Assembly: GCF_988243305.1 (NCBI RefSeq)
Contig: NZ_OZ547136.1
Reading direction: 5' to 3' (one strand)
Length of the DNA stretch: 64,000 nt
Shown: piece by piece, positions 13,513 to 24,785 of the stretch
Numbering within the stretch: position 1 is the first letter of the stretch
Layout of the letters: every line of letters begins with the position of its first letter
Program-made: the position numbers and the translations under genes
The notes under the pieces: model-generated
The model's database searches: none
Seen by the model: the letters and a program-made list of their open reading frames with translations, nothing else
What the model was told of the DNA's origin: nothing

Positions 13513-14943
13513 ATGGTTTTTCATTTTTTACCGGAAGTTACCGACGTTTTGAGCCGTTTCGTTCCTCGCATTATTCCGTTTTATTTACTCTTGCTGGCGG
13601 CAGGCGGTACAGCTAACGCACAATCTACCTTCGAGCAAAAAGCGGCAAATCCCTTTGATAATAACAATGATGGTCTGCCGGATTTAGGCTTGGCACCTGA
13701 AAATCATGATGGGGAAAAACACTTTGCTGAAATTGTGAAAGATTTCGGCGAAACCAGTATGAATGATAACGGGCTGGATACTGGCGAGCAGGCAAAAGCT
13801 TTCGCATTGGGAAAAGTCCGCGATGCGCTTAGTCAACAGGTTAATCAGCACGTAGAGTCCTGGCTATCAGCGTGGGGAAATGCCAGTGTTGACGTCAAAG
13901 TGGATAACGAAGGACATTTCACCGGCAGTCGTGGAAGCTGGTTTGTGCCGTTACAAGATAATGATCGTTATCTCACCTGGAGCCAGCTTGGTCTTACTCA
14001 GCAGGATGATGGGCTGGTGAGCAATGTGGGCGTTGGGCAACGCTGGGCGCGCGGCAGCTGGCTGGTGGGTTATAACACTTTTTATGACAACTTGCTGGAC
14101 GAAAATCTTCAGCGAGCGGGCTTCGGTGCCGAAGCGTGGGGCGAATATTTGCGACTATCGGCAAACTTTTATCAGCCGTTTGCTGCATGGCATGAACAGA
14201 CAGCCACGCAGGAACAACGGATGGCGCGCGGGTACGACCTGACAGCCCGGATGCGCATGCCGTTTTATCAACACCTCAATACCAGTGTCAGCGTAGAACA
14301 GTATTTTGGTGATCGTGTTGATTTGTTTAACTCTGGTACGGGTTATCACAATCCCGTCGCATTGAGTCTGGGATTAAATTACACCCCTGTGCCCTTAGTC
14401 ACTGTGACGGCCCAGCATAAACAGGGTGAAAGTGGTGAGAATCAAAATAACCTCGGGCTGAATCTTAACTACCGCTTTGGTGTCCCGCTCAAAAAACAAC
14501 TTTCTGCGGGCGAGGTTGCCGAAAGTCAGTCGTTACGTGGTAGTCGCTATGATAATCCGCAGCGAAATAATCTACCGACTCTTGAGTACCGACAGCGAAA
14601 AACGTTAACGGTGTTTCTGGCGACACCGCCGTGGGATCTAAAACCTGGCGAAACAGTGCCGCTGAAATTACAAATCCGCAGTCGTTACGGTATTCGGCAA
14701 CTGATTTGGCAGGGCGATACGCAGATATTAAGTTTGACGCCGGGCGCACAAGCCAACAGCGCGGAGGGCTGGACGCTGATCATGCCTGACTGGCAGAACG
14801 GGGAAAGGGCGAGCAATCACTGGCGATTGTCGGTGGTGGTGGAAGATAACCAGGGGCAGCGTGTCTCCTCCAATGAGATCACGCTAACGCTTGTCGAACC
14901 GTTCGACGCATTGTCAAACGACGAACTGCGCTGGGAACCGTAA
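13513..14943 (+). CDS. ychO: putative invasin/intimin-family outer membrane protein YchO; start codon uncertain
   Basis: 476-aa ORF with N-terminal signal-like hydrophobic segment, conserved position between ychN and narL; true start may be downstream of 13513. Confidence 0.8.
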   Translation: MVFHFLPEVTDVLSRFVPRIIPFYLLLLAAGGTANAQSTFEQKAANPFDNNNDGLPDLGLAPENHDGEKHFAEIVKDFGETSMNDNGLDTGEQAKAFALGKVRDALSQQVNQHVESWLSAWGNASVDVKVDNEGHFTGSRGSWFVPLQDNDRYLTWSQLGLTQQDDGLVSNVGVGQRWARGSWLVGYNTFYDNLLDENLQRAGFGAEAWGEYLRLSANFYQPFAAWHEQTATQEQRMARGYDLTARMRMPFYQHLNTSVSVEQYFGDRVDLFNSGTGYHNPVALSLGLNYTPVPLVTVTAQHKQGESGENQNNLGLNLNYRFGVPLKKQLSAGEVAESQSLRGSRYDNPQRNNLPTLEYRQRKTLTVFLATPPWDLKPGETVPLKLQIRSRYGIRQLIWQGDTQILSLTPGAQANSAEGWTLIMPDWQNGERASNHWRLSVVVEDNQGQRVSSNEITLTLVEPFDALSNDELRWEP

Positions 14944-15594
14944 TCAGAAAATGCGCTCCTGATGCACCCATACCGCTGCTTCCACGCGAGACTTGAGCTT
15001 CATTTTCTTCAGCATGTGCTTGACGTGCACTTTTACTGTGCTTTCGGTGATGTCCAGGCGGCGGGCAATCATCTTGTTCGGCAAACCCTGGGCAATCAGC
15101 TTGAGAATATCGCGCTCGCGTGGGGTTAACTGGTTAACATCGCGCTCAGTAGTGGCACGGTTAGCGCGCAAGCTGGCGGCCAGAACAGGCGTTAATGCTT
15201 CGCTTAATACCATTTCGCCAGCAGCTGCCTGATGCAATGCTTTCAGCAGATCTTCCGGTTCCATATCTTTTAACAGATAGCCATCCGCGCCGCGTTTCAG
15301 TGCGGTGACCACATCTTCTTCATGGTTAGAGACGCTGAATACCACAATGCGCCCTGAGAGGGACTTTTCGCGCAGTTTATCCAGCGTTTCCAGACCATTC
15401 ATGCCGGGCATATTGAGATCTAACAGGATCAGATCGGGATCAAGAGATTCCGCCAGTTCAATACCCTGTTCGCCATTACTCGCTTCGCCAACCACGCTGA
15501 TATCTGGTGCCATACTGATAAGCTGTTTTACGCCAGTTCGCAGCATCGGGTGATCGTCGATCAGCAGGATAGTAGCCGGTTCCTGATTACTCAT
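14944..15594 (-). CDS. narL: nitrate/nitrite response regulator NarL
   Basis: Track ORF 14944-15708; internal ATG at 15594 gives [26 protein letters not shown]..., the 216-aa NarL; receiver domain plus LuxR-type HTH. Confidence 0.96.
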   Translation of the reverse strand: MSNQEPATILLIDDHPMLRTGVKQLISMAPDISVVGEASNGEQGIELAESLDPDLILLDLNMPGMNGLETLDKLREKSLSGRIVVFSVSNHEEDVVTALKRGADGYLLKDMEPEDLLKALHQAAAGEMVLSEALTPVLAASLRANRATTERDVNQLTPRERDILKLIAQGLPNKMIARRLDITESTVKVHVKHMLKKMKLKSRVEAAVWVHQERIF

Positions 15595-17383
15595 GGGTAT
15601 CTCCTTGGACGTCAGTGAAAGTTTTTTCGGGAATAAAGGTGACCACCACTTCGGTGCCACCTGATTCACGACGGCGGACGCGGCAATCGCCTCGTAAACT
15701 TTGCGCACGGTCGCGCATTATTATCATGCCGTAGTGATTGCTGCGGATGGCATTTTCAGGCACGCCGCAGCCGTTATCCTGGACGGTCAGTTTGACCTGA
15801 TTATCGTTTTGCGCCACCGTCACCACGACTTCACTCGCTTGCGAATGTTTGAGGGCGTTACTTAATGCCTCACGGGCAATTTGCAACAAGTGGATTGCCT
15901 GATGCGAAGGCACCAGACGAGGCGGCAATTGATAATTCAGCTTCACCGGGAAGCCAAATTTGGCGCTGTACTCTTCGCAACTCGCCTCCAGCGCCGGACG
16001 TAATCCAGGCTCGGTGAGCTGCAAACGGAATGTGGTGAGCAATTCACGCAACTGCGCCCAGGATGCATTCAGTTCGTTACGGATCTGACTTAACAGTTCG
16101 CGACTGCTTTCTGGCAGCGCATCGCCCTGCATCTGTAAACAACTCACCTGCATCTTCATGCAAGAGAGAGATTGGGCAATAGAATCATGCAGTTCGCGCG
16201 CAATGGTGGCACGCTCTTCCATCACGATCAACTGTTGCTGACGTTCCTGATGGCGATCCAACGCCAGCGTGGCGGTGAGTTGTTCAACCAGGGTATCCAC
16301 CAGTTGTTGTTGATCATGGCTAAGATGACGCCCCTGCGGCAGGGTCGCCAGCAAAATACCGTACTGCGTATGAGAGTCAGCCAGCCGCCACTTCAGGGTT
16401 GTGCCGCGATCGCCAACGGGTAATACGCCGCGCGGGCAGAGCTGGCAGCCTTTATCATCACAAGTCATATCTGGCTGGCAGGTAAACTCCTGATGATTCT
16501 CTTCATCATCAGTGTCATACACCCGCAGTTCAATATCACGTAGCAGGGTCAAATTCTGTAAGCCGTTGAGTACAGGTGACAGGCGTTCACACAGCGGGGC
16601 GCGGGAATGCAATCGGCGGTTGGCCTGCCATAAAAAAGAGAGGATCTGATTTTTATGCTCCAGCCCGGCGGTTTTCTCCTGAACCCGCTGCTCAAGTATG
16701 GCATAACTTTCGGCCAGTTCTGCAGACATATTGTTCAACGCAGTTCCAAGCATCGCCATTTCGTTGCGCCCGCTGATGTTCGCGCGTTGGGTAAAATCGC
16801 GATGGCTGACGGCACTCGCCATTGCCAGCAGTTGCCGCCACGGTTGTAGCAATCGCGCCCGCAACCAGATAATAGTGAACACCAGTAAAAGTGCCATAAA
16901 TACCGCCATTACCCGATGGACCAGCACCACTGTCTCAATACGCATTTCCGTGGTGCGGTCAAAACCAGATACCAGCTGATCAAGCCCGGCAACAAACTGG
17001 CTGACATCCGCTGACACCGTTTCGCGGTTTTGTGCACGCATCAGCGCAGGGATCAGTTCATTACGCCAGTAATCTTGTAAACCCTGTAATTGCGCCAGTT
17101 GTCCGTCTCGTTCTGCTGCTCGGGTTAATTCGGCGCTAAATGCTGTTTGTTCCATCTCTTTAATTAAGGACTTGTCTTTCTCGCTTAATGGCACTGCTGC
17201 CAACAGACGGTAACTTTGCATGCGCAGCGATCCCGCTTTGTTGATCGCATGGGCGCTGCCCTGAACGCCTTGCACCAGCCAGCCAGAAACCGCCATCCCT
17301 GCCAGTCCAATAGCAGTAGAAAGCAACACAATAAGCGCAACCTGATTAACCAGGGTGAGCGGAGAGAGACAACGTTTAAGCAT
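15587..17383 (-). CDS. narX: nitrate/nitrite sensor histidine kinase NarX
   Basis: 598-aa ORF with two TM segments and [10 protein letters not shown]-box; 3' end overlaps narL start by 8 nt. Confidence 0.96.
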   Translation of the reverse strand: MLKRCLSPLTLVNQVALIVLLSTAIGLAGMAVSGWLVQGVQGSAHAINKAGSLRMQSYRLLAAVPLSEKDKSLIKEMEQTAFSAELTRAAERDGQLAQLQGLQDYWRNELIPALMRAQNRETVSADVSQFVAGLDQLVSGFDRTTEMRIETVVLVHRVMAVFMALLLVFTIIWLRARLLQPWRQLLAMASAVSHRDFTQRANISGRNEMAMLGTALNNMSAELAESYAILEQRVQEKTAGLEHKNQILSFLWQANRRLHSRAPLCERLSPVLNGLQNLTLLRDIELRVYDTDDEENHQEFTCQPDMTCDDKGCQLCPRGVLPVGDRGTTLKWRLADSHTQYGILLATLPQGRHLSHDQQQLVDTLVEQLTATLALDRHQERQQQLIVMEERATIARELHDSIAQSLSCMKMQVSCLQMQGDALPESSRELLSQIRNELNASWAQLRELLTTFRLQLTEPGLRPALEASCEEYSAKFGFPVKLNYQLPPRLVPSHQAIHLLQIAREALSNALKHSQASEVVVTVAQNDNQVKLTVQDNGCGVPENAIRSNHYGMIIMRDRAQSLRGDCRVRRRESGGTEVVVTFIPEKTFTDVQGDTHE

Positions 17384-17648
17384 GTAAACCTCTTCCTTCA
17401 GGCTTTAAATGAGCAATAACCTTAATGAATGTGACGATACATTCTGGAATGGCAGTATTCTCGGCTATTGGCTGAAGTATACCCATACCCGGAAAGAGTT
17501 ACTCCTTATTTGCCGTGTGGTTAGTCGCTTTACATCGGTAAGGGTAGGGATTTTACAGCACCGTGAAAAATCTCATAATTTTTATGAAATCACTGTACTC
17601 ACTATGGGTAATGATAAATATCAATGATAGATAAAGTTATCTTATCGT

Positions 17649-17662
17649 TTGATTTACATCAA
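17649..17662 (+). promoter_or_regulatory. FNR-type binding site (TTGAT-N4-ATCAA) in narK promoter
   Basis: TTGATTTACATCAA about 60 bp upstream of the narK start codon. Confidence 0.6.
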
Positions 17663-17721
17663 ATTGCCTTTAGCTACAGACACTAAGGTGGCAGACATCG
17701 AAACGAGTATCAGAGGTGTCT

Positions 17722-19113
17722 ATGAGTCACTCATCCGCCCCCGAAAGGGCTACTGGAGCTGTCATTACAGATTGGCGACCGGAAGATCCTGCGTTCTGGC
17801 AACAACGCGGTCAACGTATTGCCAGCCGCAACCTGTGGATTTCCGTTCCCTGTCTGCTGCTGGCGTTTTGCGTATGGATGTTGTTCAGCGCTGTTGCGGT
17901 GAACTTACCAAAAGTTGGTTTTAATTTTACGACCGATCAGCTATTTATGTTGACTGCGCTGCCTTCGGTTTCTGGCGCGTTATTACGTGTTCCATACTCC
18001 TTTATGGTTCCTATCTTCGGTGGTCGTCGCTGGACGGCGTTCAGCACCGGTATTCTGATTATTCCTTGCGTCTGGCTGGGTTTTGCCGTGCAGGATACCT
18101 CCACGCCTTATAGCGTCTTCATCATCATCTCTCTGCTGTGCGGCTTTGCTGGCGCGAACTTCGCTTCCAGTATGGCAAACATCAGCTTCTTCTTTCCGAA
18201 ACAGAAGCAGGGTGGCGCGCTGGGTCTGAATGGTGGTCTGGGCAACATGGGCGTCAGCGTCATGCAGTTGGTTGCTCCGCTGGTGGTATCACTGTCGATT
18301 TTCGCAGTATTTGGTAGCCAGGGTGTTAAACAGCCGGATGGGAGTGAGCTGTATCTGGCGAATGCGTCCTGGGTATGGGTGCCGTTCCTTGCCATCTTCA
18401 CCATTGCGGCGTGGTTTGGCATGAACGATCTTGCTACCTCGAAAGCCTCCATCAAGGAGCAGTTGCCGGTACTCAAACGGGGTCATCTGTGGATTATGAG
18501 CCTGCTGTATCTGGCAACCTTCGGCTCCTTCATCGGCTTCTCCGCGGGCTTTGCGATGCTGTCAAAAACGCAGTTCCCGGATGTTCAGATTCTGCAATAC
18601 GCTTTCTTCGGGCCGTTTATTGGTGCGCTGGCGCGTTCTGCAGGTGGTGCATTATCTGACCGTCTGGGCGGAACTCGTGTCACACTGGTGAACTTTATCC
18701 TGATGGCGATTTTCAGCGGCCTGCTGTTCCTGACCTTACCGACTGACGGGCAGGGCGGAAGCTTCATGGCGTTCTTCGCGGTCTTCCTGGCGCTGTTCCT
18801 GACAGCTGGGCTGGGTAGTGGTTCCACTTTCCAGATGATTTCCGTGATCTTCCGTAAACTGACAATGGATCGCGTGAAAGCAGAAGGGGGTTCTGACGAA
18901 CGTGCGATGCGTGAAGCGGCAACCGACACGGCGGCGGCGCTGGGTTTCATCTCTGCGATTGGCGCGATTGGTGGCTTCTTTATCCCGAAAGCGTTCGGTA
19001 GCTCGCTGGCATTAACGGGTTCGCCAGTCGGCGCAATGAAAGTATTTTTGATTTTCTATATCGCCTGTGTAGTGATTACCTGGGCGGTATATGGTCGGCA
19101 TTCTAAAAAATAA
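17722..19113 (+). CDS. narK: nitrate/nitrite transporter NarK (MFS)
   Basis: Track ORF starts at GTG 17716; ATG at 17722 gives MSHSSAPERATGAVITDWRPEDPAFWQQ..., the 463-aa NarK. Confidence 0.95.
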   Translation: MSHSSAPERATGAVITDWRPEDPAFWQQRGQRIASRNLWISVPCLLLAFCVWMLFSAVAVNLPKVGFNFTTDQLFMLTALPSVSGALLRVPYSFMVPIFGGRRWTAFSTGILIIPCVWLGFAVQDTSTPYSVFIIISLLCGFAGANFASSMANISFFFPKQKQGGALGLNGGLGNMGVSVMQLVAPLVVSLSIFAVFGSQGVKQPDGSELYLANASWVWVPFLAIFTIAAWFGMNDLATSKASIKEQLPVLKRGHLWIMSLLYLATFGSFIGFSAGFAMLSKTQFPDVQILQYAFFGPFIGALARSAGGALSDRLGGTRVTLVNFILMAIFSGLLFLTLPTDGQGGSFMAFFAVFLALFLTAGLGSGSTFQMISVIFRKLTMDRVKAEGGSDERAMREAATDTAAALGFISAIGAIGGFFIPKAFGSSLALTGSPVGAMKVFLIFYIACVVITWAVYGRHSKK

Positions 19114-19238
19114 ATCTTAATATTTGATTATCCTTTGCGCGGCATGATGTCGCGCTTTTTTTATCTGTCGTTTAGTTACAACATACTAATGTGTAAGTGG
19201 CTTATTTCGCCGGATTTCATTAAGAGCCATTAATATGT

Positions 19239-19268
19239 TACCCATGGGGAATACTCCTTAATACCCAT
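19239..19268 (+). promoter_or_regulatory. cluster of NarL heptamer-like sites (TACCCAT, TACTCCT, TACCCAT) upstream of narG
   Basis: Three TACYYMT-type heptamers about 240-270 bp upstream of the narG start, where the upstream NarL-binding region of narG is known to lie. Confidence 0.55.
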
Positions 19269-19411
19269 CTGCATAAAAATCTTAATAGTTTAAATAACTA
19301 CAGGTATAAAACGTCTTAATTTACAGTCTGTTATGTTGTGGCTGTTAATTATCCTAAAGGGGTATCTTAGGAATTTACTTTATTTTTCATCCCCATCACT
19401 CTTGATCGTTA

Positions 19412-19425
19412 TCAATTCCCACGCT
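19412..19425 (+). promoter_or_regulatory. FNR binding site (TTGATCGTTATCAA) of the narG promoter
   Basis: Near-perfect FNR consensus TTGAT-N4-ATCAA about 80 bp upstream of the narG ATG. Confidence 0.7.
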
Positions 19426-19506
19426 GTTTCAGAGCGTTACCTTGCCCTTAAACATTAGCAATGTCGATTTATCAGAGGGCCGACAGGCTCCCACAGGAGA
19501 AAACCG

Positions 19507-22500
19507 ATGAGTAAATTCCTGGACCGGTTTCGCTACTTCAAACAGAAGGGTGAAACCTTTGCCGATGGGCATGGCCAGCTTCTCAATACCAACCGTGACT
19601 GGGAGGATGGATATCGCCAGCGTTGGCAGCATGACAAAATCGTCCGCTCTACCCACGGGGTAAACTGCACCGGCTCCTGCAGCTGGAAAATCTACGTTAA
19701 AAACGGTCTGGTGACCTGGGAAACCCAGCAGACTGACTATCCGCGTACTCGCCCGGACCTGCCAAACCATGAACCTCGCGGCTGCCCGCGTGGTGCCAGC
19801 TACTCCTGGTATCTTTACAGCGCCAACCGTCTGAAATACCCGATGATGCGCAAACGCCTGATGAAAATGTGGCGTGAAGCGAAGGCGCTGCATAGCGATC
19901 CGGTTGAGGCATGGGCTTCTATCATTGAAGACGCCGATAAAGCGAAAAGCTTTAAGCAGGCGCGTGGACGCGGTGGTTTTGTTCGTTCTTCCTGGCAGGA
20001 AGTGAATGAACTGATCGCCGCCTCTAACGTTTACACCATCAAAAACTACGGCCCGGACCGCGTCGCTGGCTTCTCGCCAATTCCGGCAATGTCGATGGTT
20101 TCTTACGCTTCCGGCGCGCGCTATCTCTCGCTGCTTGGCGGTACTTGCTTAAGCTTCTACGACTGGTACTGCGACCTGCCTCCTGCATCTCCGCAAACCT
20201 GGGGCGAGCAGACTGACGTACCGGAATCTGCTGACTGGTACAACTCCAGCTACATCATCGCCTGGGGTTCAAACGTGCCGCAGACGCGTACCCCGGATGC
20301 TCACTTCTTTACTGAAGTGCGTTACAAAGGCACCAAAACTGTTGCCGTCACGCCAGACTACGCTGAAATCGCCAAACTGTGCGATCTGTGGTTGGCACCG
20401 AAACAGGGCACCGATGCGGCAATGGCGCTGGCGATGGGCCACGTAATGCTGCGTGAATTCCACCTCGACAACCCAAGCCAGTATTTCACCGACTATGTGC
20501 GTCGCTACACCGACATGCCGATGCTGGTGATGCTGGAAGAGCGCGACGGTTACTACGCTGCGGGTCGTATGCTGCGCGCTGCCGATCTGGTGGATGCGCT
20601 GGGCCAGGAAAACAATCCGGAATGGAAAACAGTCGCCTTTAATACCAATGGCGAAATGGTTGCGCCGAACGGTTCTATTGGCTTCCGCTGGGGCGAGAAG
20701 GGCAAATGGAATCTTGAGCAGCGCGACGGCAAAACTGGCGAAGAAACCGAGCTGCAACTGAGCCTGCTGGGTAGCCAGGATGAGATCGCTGAGGTGGGCT
20801 TCCCGTACTTTGGTGGCGACGGCACTGAACACTTCAACAAAGTGGAACTGGAAAACATTCTGCTGCACAAGCTGCCGGTGAAACGCCTGCAACTGGCTGA
20901 TGGCCGCACCGCTCTGGTGACCACCGTTTACGATCTGACGCTGGCAAACTATGGTCTGGAACGTGGCCTGAACGACGTTAACTGCGCAACCAGCTACGAC
21001 GATGTGAAAGCTTACACCCCTGCGTGGGCCGAGCAGATTACCGGCGTTTCTCGCAGCCAGATTATTCGCATCGCCCGTGAATTTGCCGATAACGCGGATA
21101 AAACGCACGGTCGTTCGATGATTATCGTCGGTGCGGGGCTGAACCACTGGTATCACCTCGATATGAACTATCGTGGTCTGATCAACATGCTGATTTTCTG
21201 CGGCTGTGTCGGTCAGAGCGGGGGGGGCTGGGCGCACTATGTAGGTCAGGAAAAACTGCGTCCGCAAACCGGCTGGCAGCCGCTGGCGTTTGCCCTCGAC
21301 TGGCAGCGTCCGGCGCGTCACATGAACAGCACCTCTTATTTTTATAACCACTCCAGCCAGTGGCGTTATGAAACCGTGACCGCAGACGAGTTGCTGTCGC
21401 CGATGGCGGATAAATCCCGTTATACCGGACACTTGATCGACTTTAACGTCCGTGCAGAACGTATGGGCTGGCTGCCGTCTGCGCCGCAGTTAGGCACTAA
21501 CCCGCTAACTATCGCTCGCGAAGCGGAAAAAGCGGGCATGAATCCGGTGGATTACACCGTGAAATCCCTGAAAGAGGGTTCTATCCGTTTTGCGGCAGAA
21601 CAACCAGAAAACGGTAAAAACCACCCGCGCAACCTGTTCATCTGGCGTTCTAACCTGCTCGGTTCTTCCGGTAAAGGTCATGAGTTTATGCTCAAGTACC
21701 TGCTGGGGACGGAGCACGGTATCCAGGGTAAAGATCTGGGGCAGCAGGGCGGCGTGAAGCCGGAAGAAGTGGACTGGCAGGACAATGGTCTGGAAGGCAA
21801 GCTGGATCTGGTGGTGACGCTGGACTTCCGTCTGTCGAGCACCTGTCTCTATTCCGACATCATTTTGCCGACGGCGACCTGGTACGAAAAAGACGACATG
21901 AATACTTCGGATATGCATCCGTTTATTCACCCGCTGTCTGCGGCGGTCGATCCGGCCTGGGAAGCGAAAAGCGACTGGGAAATCTACAAAGCCATCGCGA
22001 AGAAATTCTCCGAAGTGTGCGTTGGTCATCTGGGTAAAGAAACTGACATCGTCACGCTGCCTATCCAGCACGACTCTGCCGCTGAACTGGCGCAACCGCT
22101 GGATGTGAAAGACTGGAAAAAAGGCGAATGCGACCTGATCCCAGGTAAAACTGCACCGCACATTATGGTCGTAGAGCGCGATTATCCGGCAACTTACGAA
22201 CGCTTTACCTCTATCGGCCCGCTGATGGAGAAAATCGGTAACGGCGGTAAAGGGATTGCCTGGAACACCCAGAGCGAGATGGATCTGCTGCGTAAGCTCA
22301 ACTACACCAAAGCGGAAGGTCCGGCAAAAGGCCAGCCCATGCTGAACACCGCAATTGATGCGGCAGAGATGATCCTGACGCTGGCACCGGAAACCAACGG
22401 TCAGGTAGCTGTAAAAGCCTGGGCTGCCCTGAGCGAGTTTACCGGCCGTGACCATACGCATCTGGCGCTGAATAAAGAAGACGAGAAGATTCGCTTCCGC

Positions 22501-23250
22501 GATATTCAGGCACAGCCGCGCAAAATCATCTCCAGCCCGACATGGTCTGGCCTTGAAGATGAACACGTTTCTTACAACGCCGGTTACACCAACGTTCACG
22601 AGCTGATCCCGTGGCGTACGCTCTCTGGCCGTCAGCAGCTGTATCAGGATCACCAATGGATGCGTGATTTCGGTGAAAGCCTGCTGGTTTATCGTCCGCC
22701 GATCGACACCCGTTCGGTGAAAGAAGTGATGGGCCAGAAATCCAATGGCAACCCGGAAAAAGCGCTCAACTTCCTGACGCCACACCAGAAGTGGGGTATC
22801 CACTCCACCTACAGCGACAACCTGCTGATGCTGACTTTAGGTCGCGGTGGTCCGGTGGTCTGGCTGAGTGAAGCCGATGCCAAAGAGCTGGGTATCGCCG
22901 ATAACGACTGGATTGAAGTCTTCAACAGCAACGGTGCTCTGACTGCCCGTGCGGTTGTCAGCCAGCGTGTTCCGGCAGGGATGACCATGATGTACCACGC
23001 GCAGGAACGTATCGTTAACCTGCCGGGTTCGGAAATTACCCAACAGCGTGGTGGTATCCATAACTCGGTCACCCGTATCACGCCGAAACCGACGCATATG
23101 ATTGGCGGCTATGCCCATCTGGCATACGGCTTTAACTACTACGGCACCGTAGGTTCTAACCGCGATGAGTTTGTTGTAGTGCGTAAGATGAAGAACATTG
23201 ACTGGTTAGATGGCGAAGGCAATGACCAGGTACAGGAGAGCGTAAAATGA
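19507..23250 (+). CDS. narG: respiratory nitrate reductase 1 alpha subunit
   Basis: 1247-aa ORF; N-terminal Cys/His cluster (HGVNCTGSCSWKIY) and molybdopterin oxidoreductase features. Confidence 0.97.
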   Translation: MSKFLDRFRYFKQKGETFADGHGQLLNTNRDWEDGYRQRWQHDKIVRSTHGVNCTGSCSWKIYVKNGLVTWETQQTDYPRTRPDLPNHEPRGCPRGASYSWYLYSANRLKYPMMRKRLMKMWREAKALHSDPVEAWASIIEDADKAKSFKQARGRGGFVRSSWQEVNELIAASNVYTIKNYGPDRVAGFSPIPAMSMVSYASGARYLSLLGGTCLSFYDWYCDLPPASPQTWGEQTDVPESADWYNSSYIIAWGSNVPQTRTPDAHFFTEVRYKGTKTVAVTPDYAEIAKLCDLWLAPKQGTDAAMALAMGHVMLREFHLDNPSQYFTDYVRRYTDMPMLVMLEERDGYYAAGRMLRAADLVDALGQENNPEWKTVAFNTNGEMVAPNGSIGFRWGEKGKWNLEQRDGKTGEETELQLSLLGSQDEIAEVGFPYFGGDGTEHFNKVELENILLHKLPVKRLQLADGRTALVTTVYDLTLANYGLERGLNDVNCATSYDDVKAYTPAWAEQITGVSRSQIIRIAREFADNADKTHGRSMIIVGAGLNHWYHLDMNYRGLINMLIFCGCVGQSGGGWAHYVGQEKLRPQTGWQPLAFALDWQRPARHMNSTSYFYNHSSQWRYETVTADELLSPMADKSRYTGHLIDFNVRAERMGWLPSAPQLGTNPLTIAREAEKAGMNPVDYTVKSLKEGSIRFAAEQPENGKNHPRNLFIWRSNLLGSSGKGHEFMLKYLLGTEHGIQGKDLGQQGGVKPEEVDWQDNGLEGKLDLVVTLDFRLSSTCLYSDIILPTATWYEKDDMNTSDMHPFIHPLSAAVDPAWEAKSDWEIYKAIAKKFSEVCVGHLGKETDIVTLPIQHDSAAELAQPLDVKDWKKGECDLIPGKTAPHIMVVERDYPATYERFTSIGPLMEKIGNGGKGIAWNTQSEMDLLRKLNYTKAEGPAKGQPMLNTAIDAAEMILTLAPETNGQVAVKAWAALSEFTGRDHTHLALNKEDEKIRFRDIQAQPRKIISSPTWSGLEDEHVSYNAGYTNVHELIPWRTLSGRQQLYQDHQWMRDFGESLLVYRPPIDTRSVKEVMGQKSNGNPEKALNFLTPHQKWGIHSTYSDNLLMLTLGRGGPVVWLSEADAKELGIADNDWIEVFNSNGALTARAVVSQRVPAGMTMMYHAQERIVNLPGSEITQQRGGIHNSVTRITPKPTHMIGGYAHLAYGFNYYGTVGSNRDEFVVVRKMKNIDWLDGEGNDQVQESVK

Positions 23251-24785
23251 AAATTCGTTCACAAGTCGGCATGGTGCTGAATCTCGATAAGTGCATCGGC
23301 TGCCACACCTGTTCAGTTACCTGTAAAAACGTCTGGACCAGCCGCGAAGGCGTGGAATACGCGTGGTTCAACAACGTGGAAACCAAGCCGGGCCAGGGCT
23401 TCCCGACTGACTGGGAAAACCAGGAAAAATACAAAGGCGGCTGGATTCGTAAAATCAACGGCAAACTGCAGCCGCGCATGGGTAACCGTGCCATGCTGCT
23501 GGGTAAAATCTTCGCTAACCCGCATCTGCCGGGGATCGACGATTATTACGAGCCGTTCGATTTTGACTATCAGAACCTGCATACCGCGCCGGAAGGCAGC
23601 AAATCGCAGCCGATTGCCCGTCCGCGTTCGCTGATTACCGGGGAACGGATGGCGAAAATCGAAAAAGGGCCGAACTGGGAAGATGACCTGGGCGGTGAGT
23701 TTGACAAACTGGCGAAAGACAAGAACTTCGACAACATCCAGAAGGCGATGTATAGCCAGTTCGAAAACACCTTCATGATGTATTTGCCGCGCCTGTGCGA
23801 ACACTGCCTGAACCCGGCATGTGTGGCGACCTGCCCGAGCGGTGCGATTTACAAGCGTGAAGAAGATGGCATCGTCCTGATCGACCAGGATAAATGCCGT
23901 GGCTGGCGTATGTGCATCACCGGATGCCCATACAAAAAAATCTACTTCAACTGGAAGAGCGGTAAGTCTGAGAAGTGCATCTTCTGCTATCCGCGTATTG
24001 AAGCGGGTCAGCCGACGGTGTGCTCTGAAACCTGTGTCGGTCGTATCCGTTATCTCGGCGTGCTGCTGTACGATGCGGACGCCATTGAACGTGCAGCCAG
24101 CACCGAGAACGAGAAAGATCTCTACCAGCGTCAGCTGGAGGTGTTCCTCGATCCGAACGATCCGAAAGTCATCGAGCAGGCAATTAAAGACGGTATTCCG
24201 CTGAGCGTTATTGAAGCCGCACAGCAGTCGCCGGTTTATAAAATGGCGATGGAATGGAAACTGGCGCTGCCGCTGCATCCAGAATATCGCACACTGCCGA
24301 TGGTCTGGTACGTGCCGCCTCTGTCTCCGATTCAGTCTGCAGCAGACGCGGGTGAGCTGGGCAGCAACGGCATTCTGCCAGACGTCGAAAGCCTGCGTAT
24401 TCCGGTACAGTATCTGGCGAATCTGCTGACCGCCGGTGATACCAAACCGGTACTGCGCGCGCTGAAACGTATGCTGGCGATGCGTCATTACAAACGTGCT
24501 GAAACCGTTGACGGTAAAGTCGATACCCGTGCGCTGGAAGAGGTCGGTCTGACCGAAGCCCAGGCACAGGAGATGTACCGTTATCTGGCGATTGCTAACT
24601 ACGAAGATCGCTTTGTGGTGCCGAGCAGTCATCGTGAACTGGCGCGGGAAGCCTTCCCGGAGAAAAATGGCTGCGGCTTTACCTTTGGTGATGGCTGCCA
24701 CGGTTCAGATACCAAATTCAATCTGTTCAACAGCCGCCGTATCGATGCCATCGACGTAACCAGCAAAACGGAGCCGCACCCATGA
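23247..24785 (+). CDS. narH: respiratory nitrate reductase 1 beta subunit (Fe-S)
   Basis: 512-aa ORF with multiple ferredoxin-type Cys clusters (CIGCHTCSVTC, CEHCLNPACVATCPSGA); overlaps narG stop. Confidence 0.97.
   Translation: MKIRSQVGMVLNLDKCIGCHTCSVTCKNVWTSREGVEYAWFNNVETKPGQGFPTDWENQEKYKGGWIRKINGKLQPRMGNRAMLLGKIFANPHLPGIDDYYEPFDFDYQNLHTAPEGSKSQPIARPRSLITGERMAKIEKGPNWEDDLGGEFDKLAKDKNFDNIQKAMYSQFENTFMMYLPRLCEHCLNPACVATCPSGAIYKREEDGIVLIDQDKCRGWRMCITGCPYKKIYFNWKSGKSEKCIFCYPRIEAGQPTVCSETCVGRIRYLGVLLYDADAIERAASTENEKDLYQRQLEVFLDPNDPKVIEQAIKDGIPLSVIEAAQQSPVYKMAMEWKLALPLHPEYRTLPMVWYVPPLSPIQSAADAGELGSNGILPDVESLRIPVQYLANLLTAGDTKPVLRALKRMLAMRHYKRAETVDGKVDTRALEEVGLTEAQAQEMYRYLAIANYEDRFVVPSSHRELAREAFPEKNGCGFTFGDGCHGSDTKFNLFNSRRIDAIDVTSKTEPHP

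Noticed and set aside
20269-24701. Very long minus-strand ORFs (387, 432 and 462 aa) antisense to narG and narH
   Set aside because: They lie entirely inside confidently identified plus-strand genes; their translations are low-complexity and Arg/His/Val-rich, typical of stop-codon-poor antisense frames in GC-rich, codon-biased genes. No independent gene signal.
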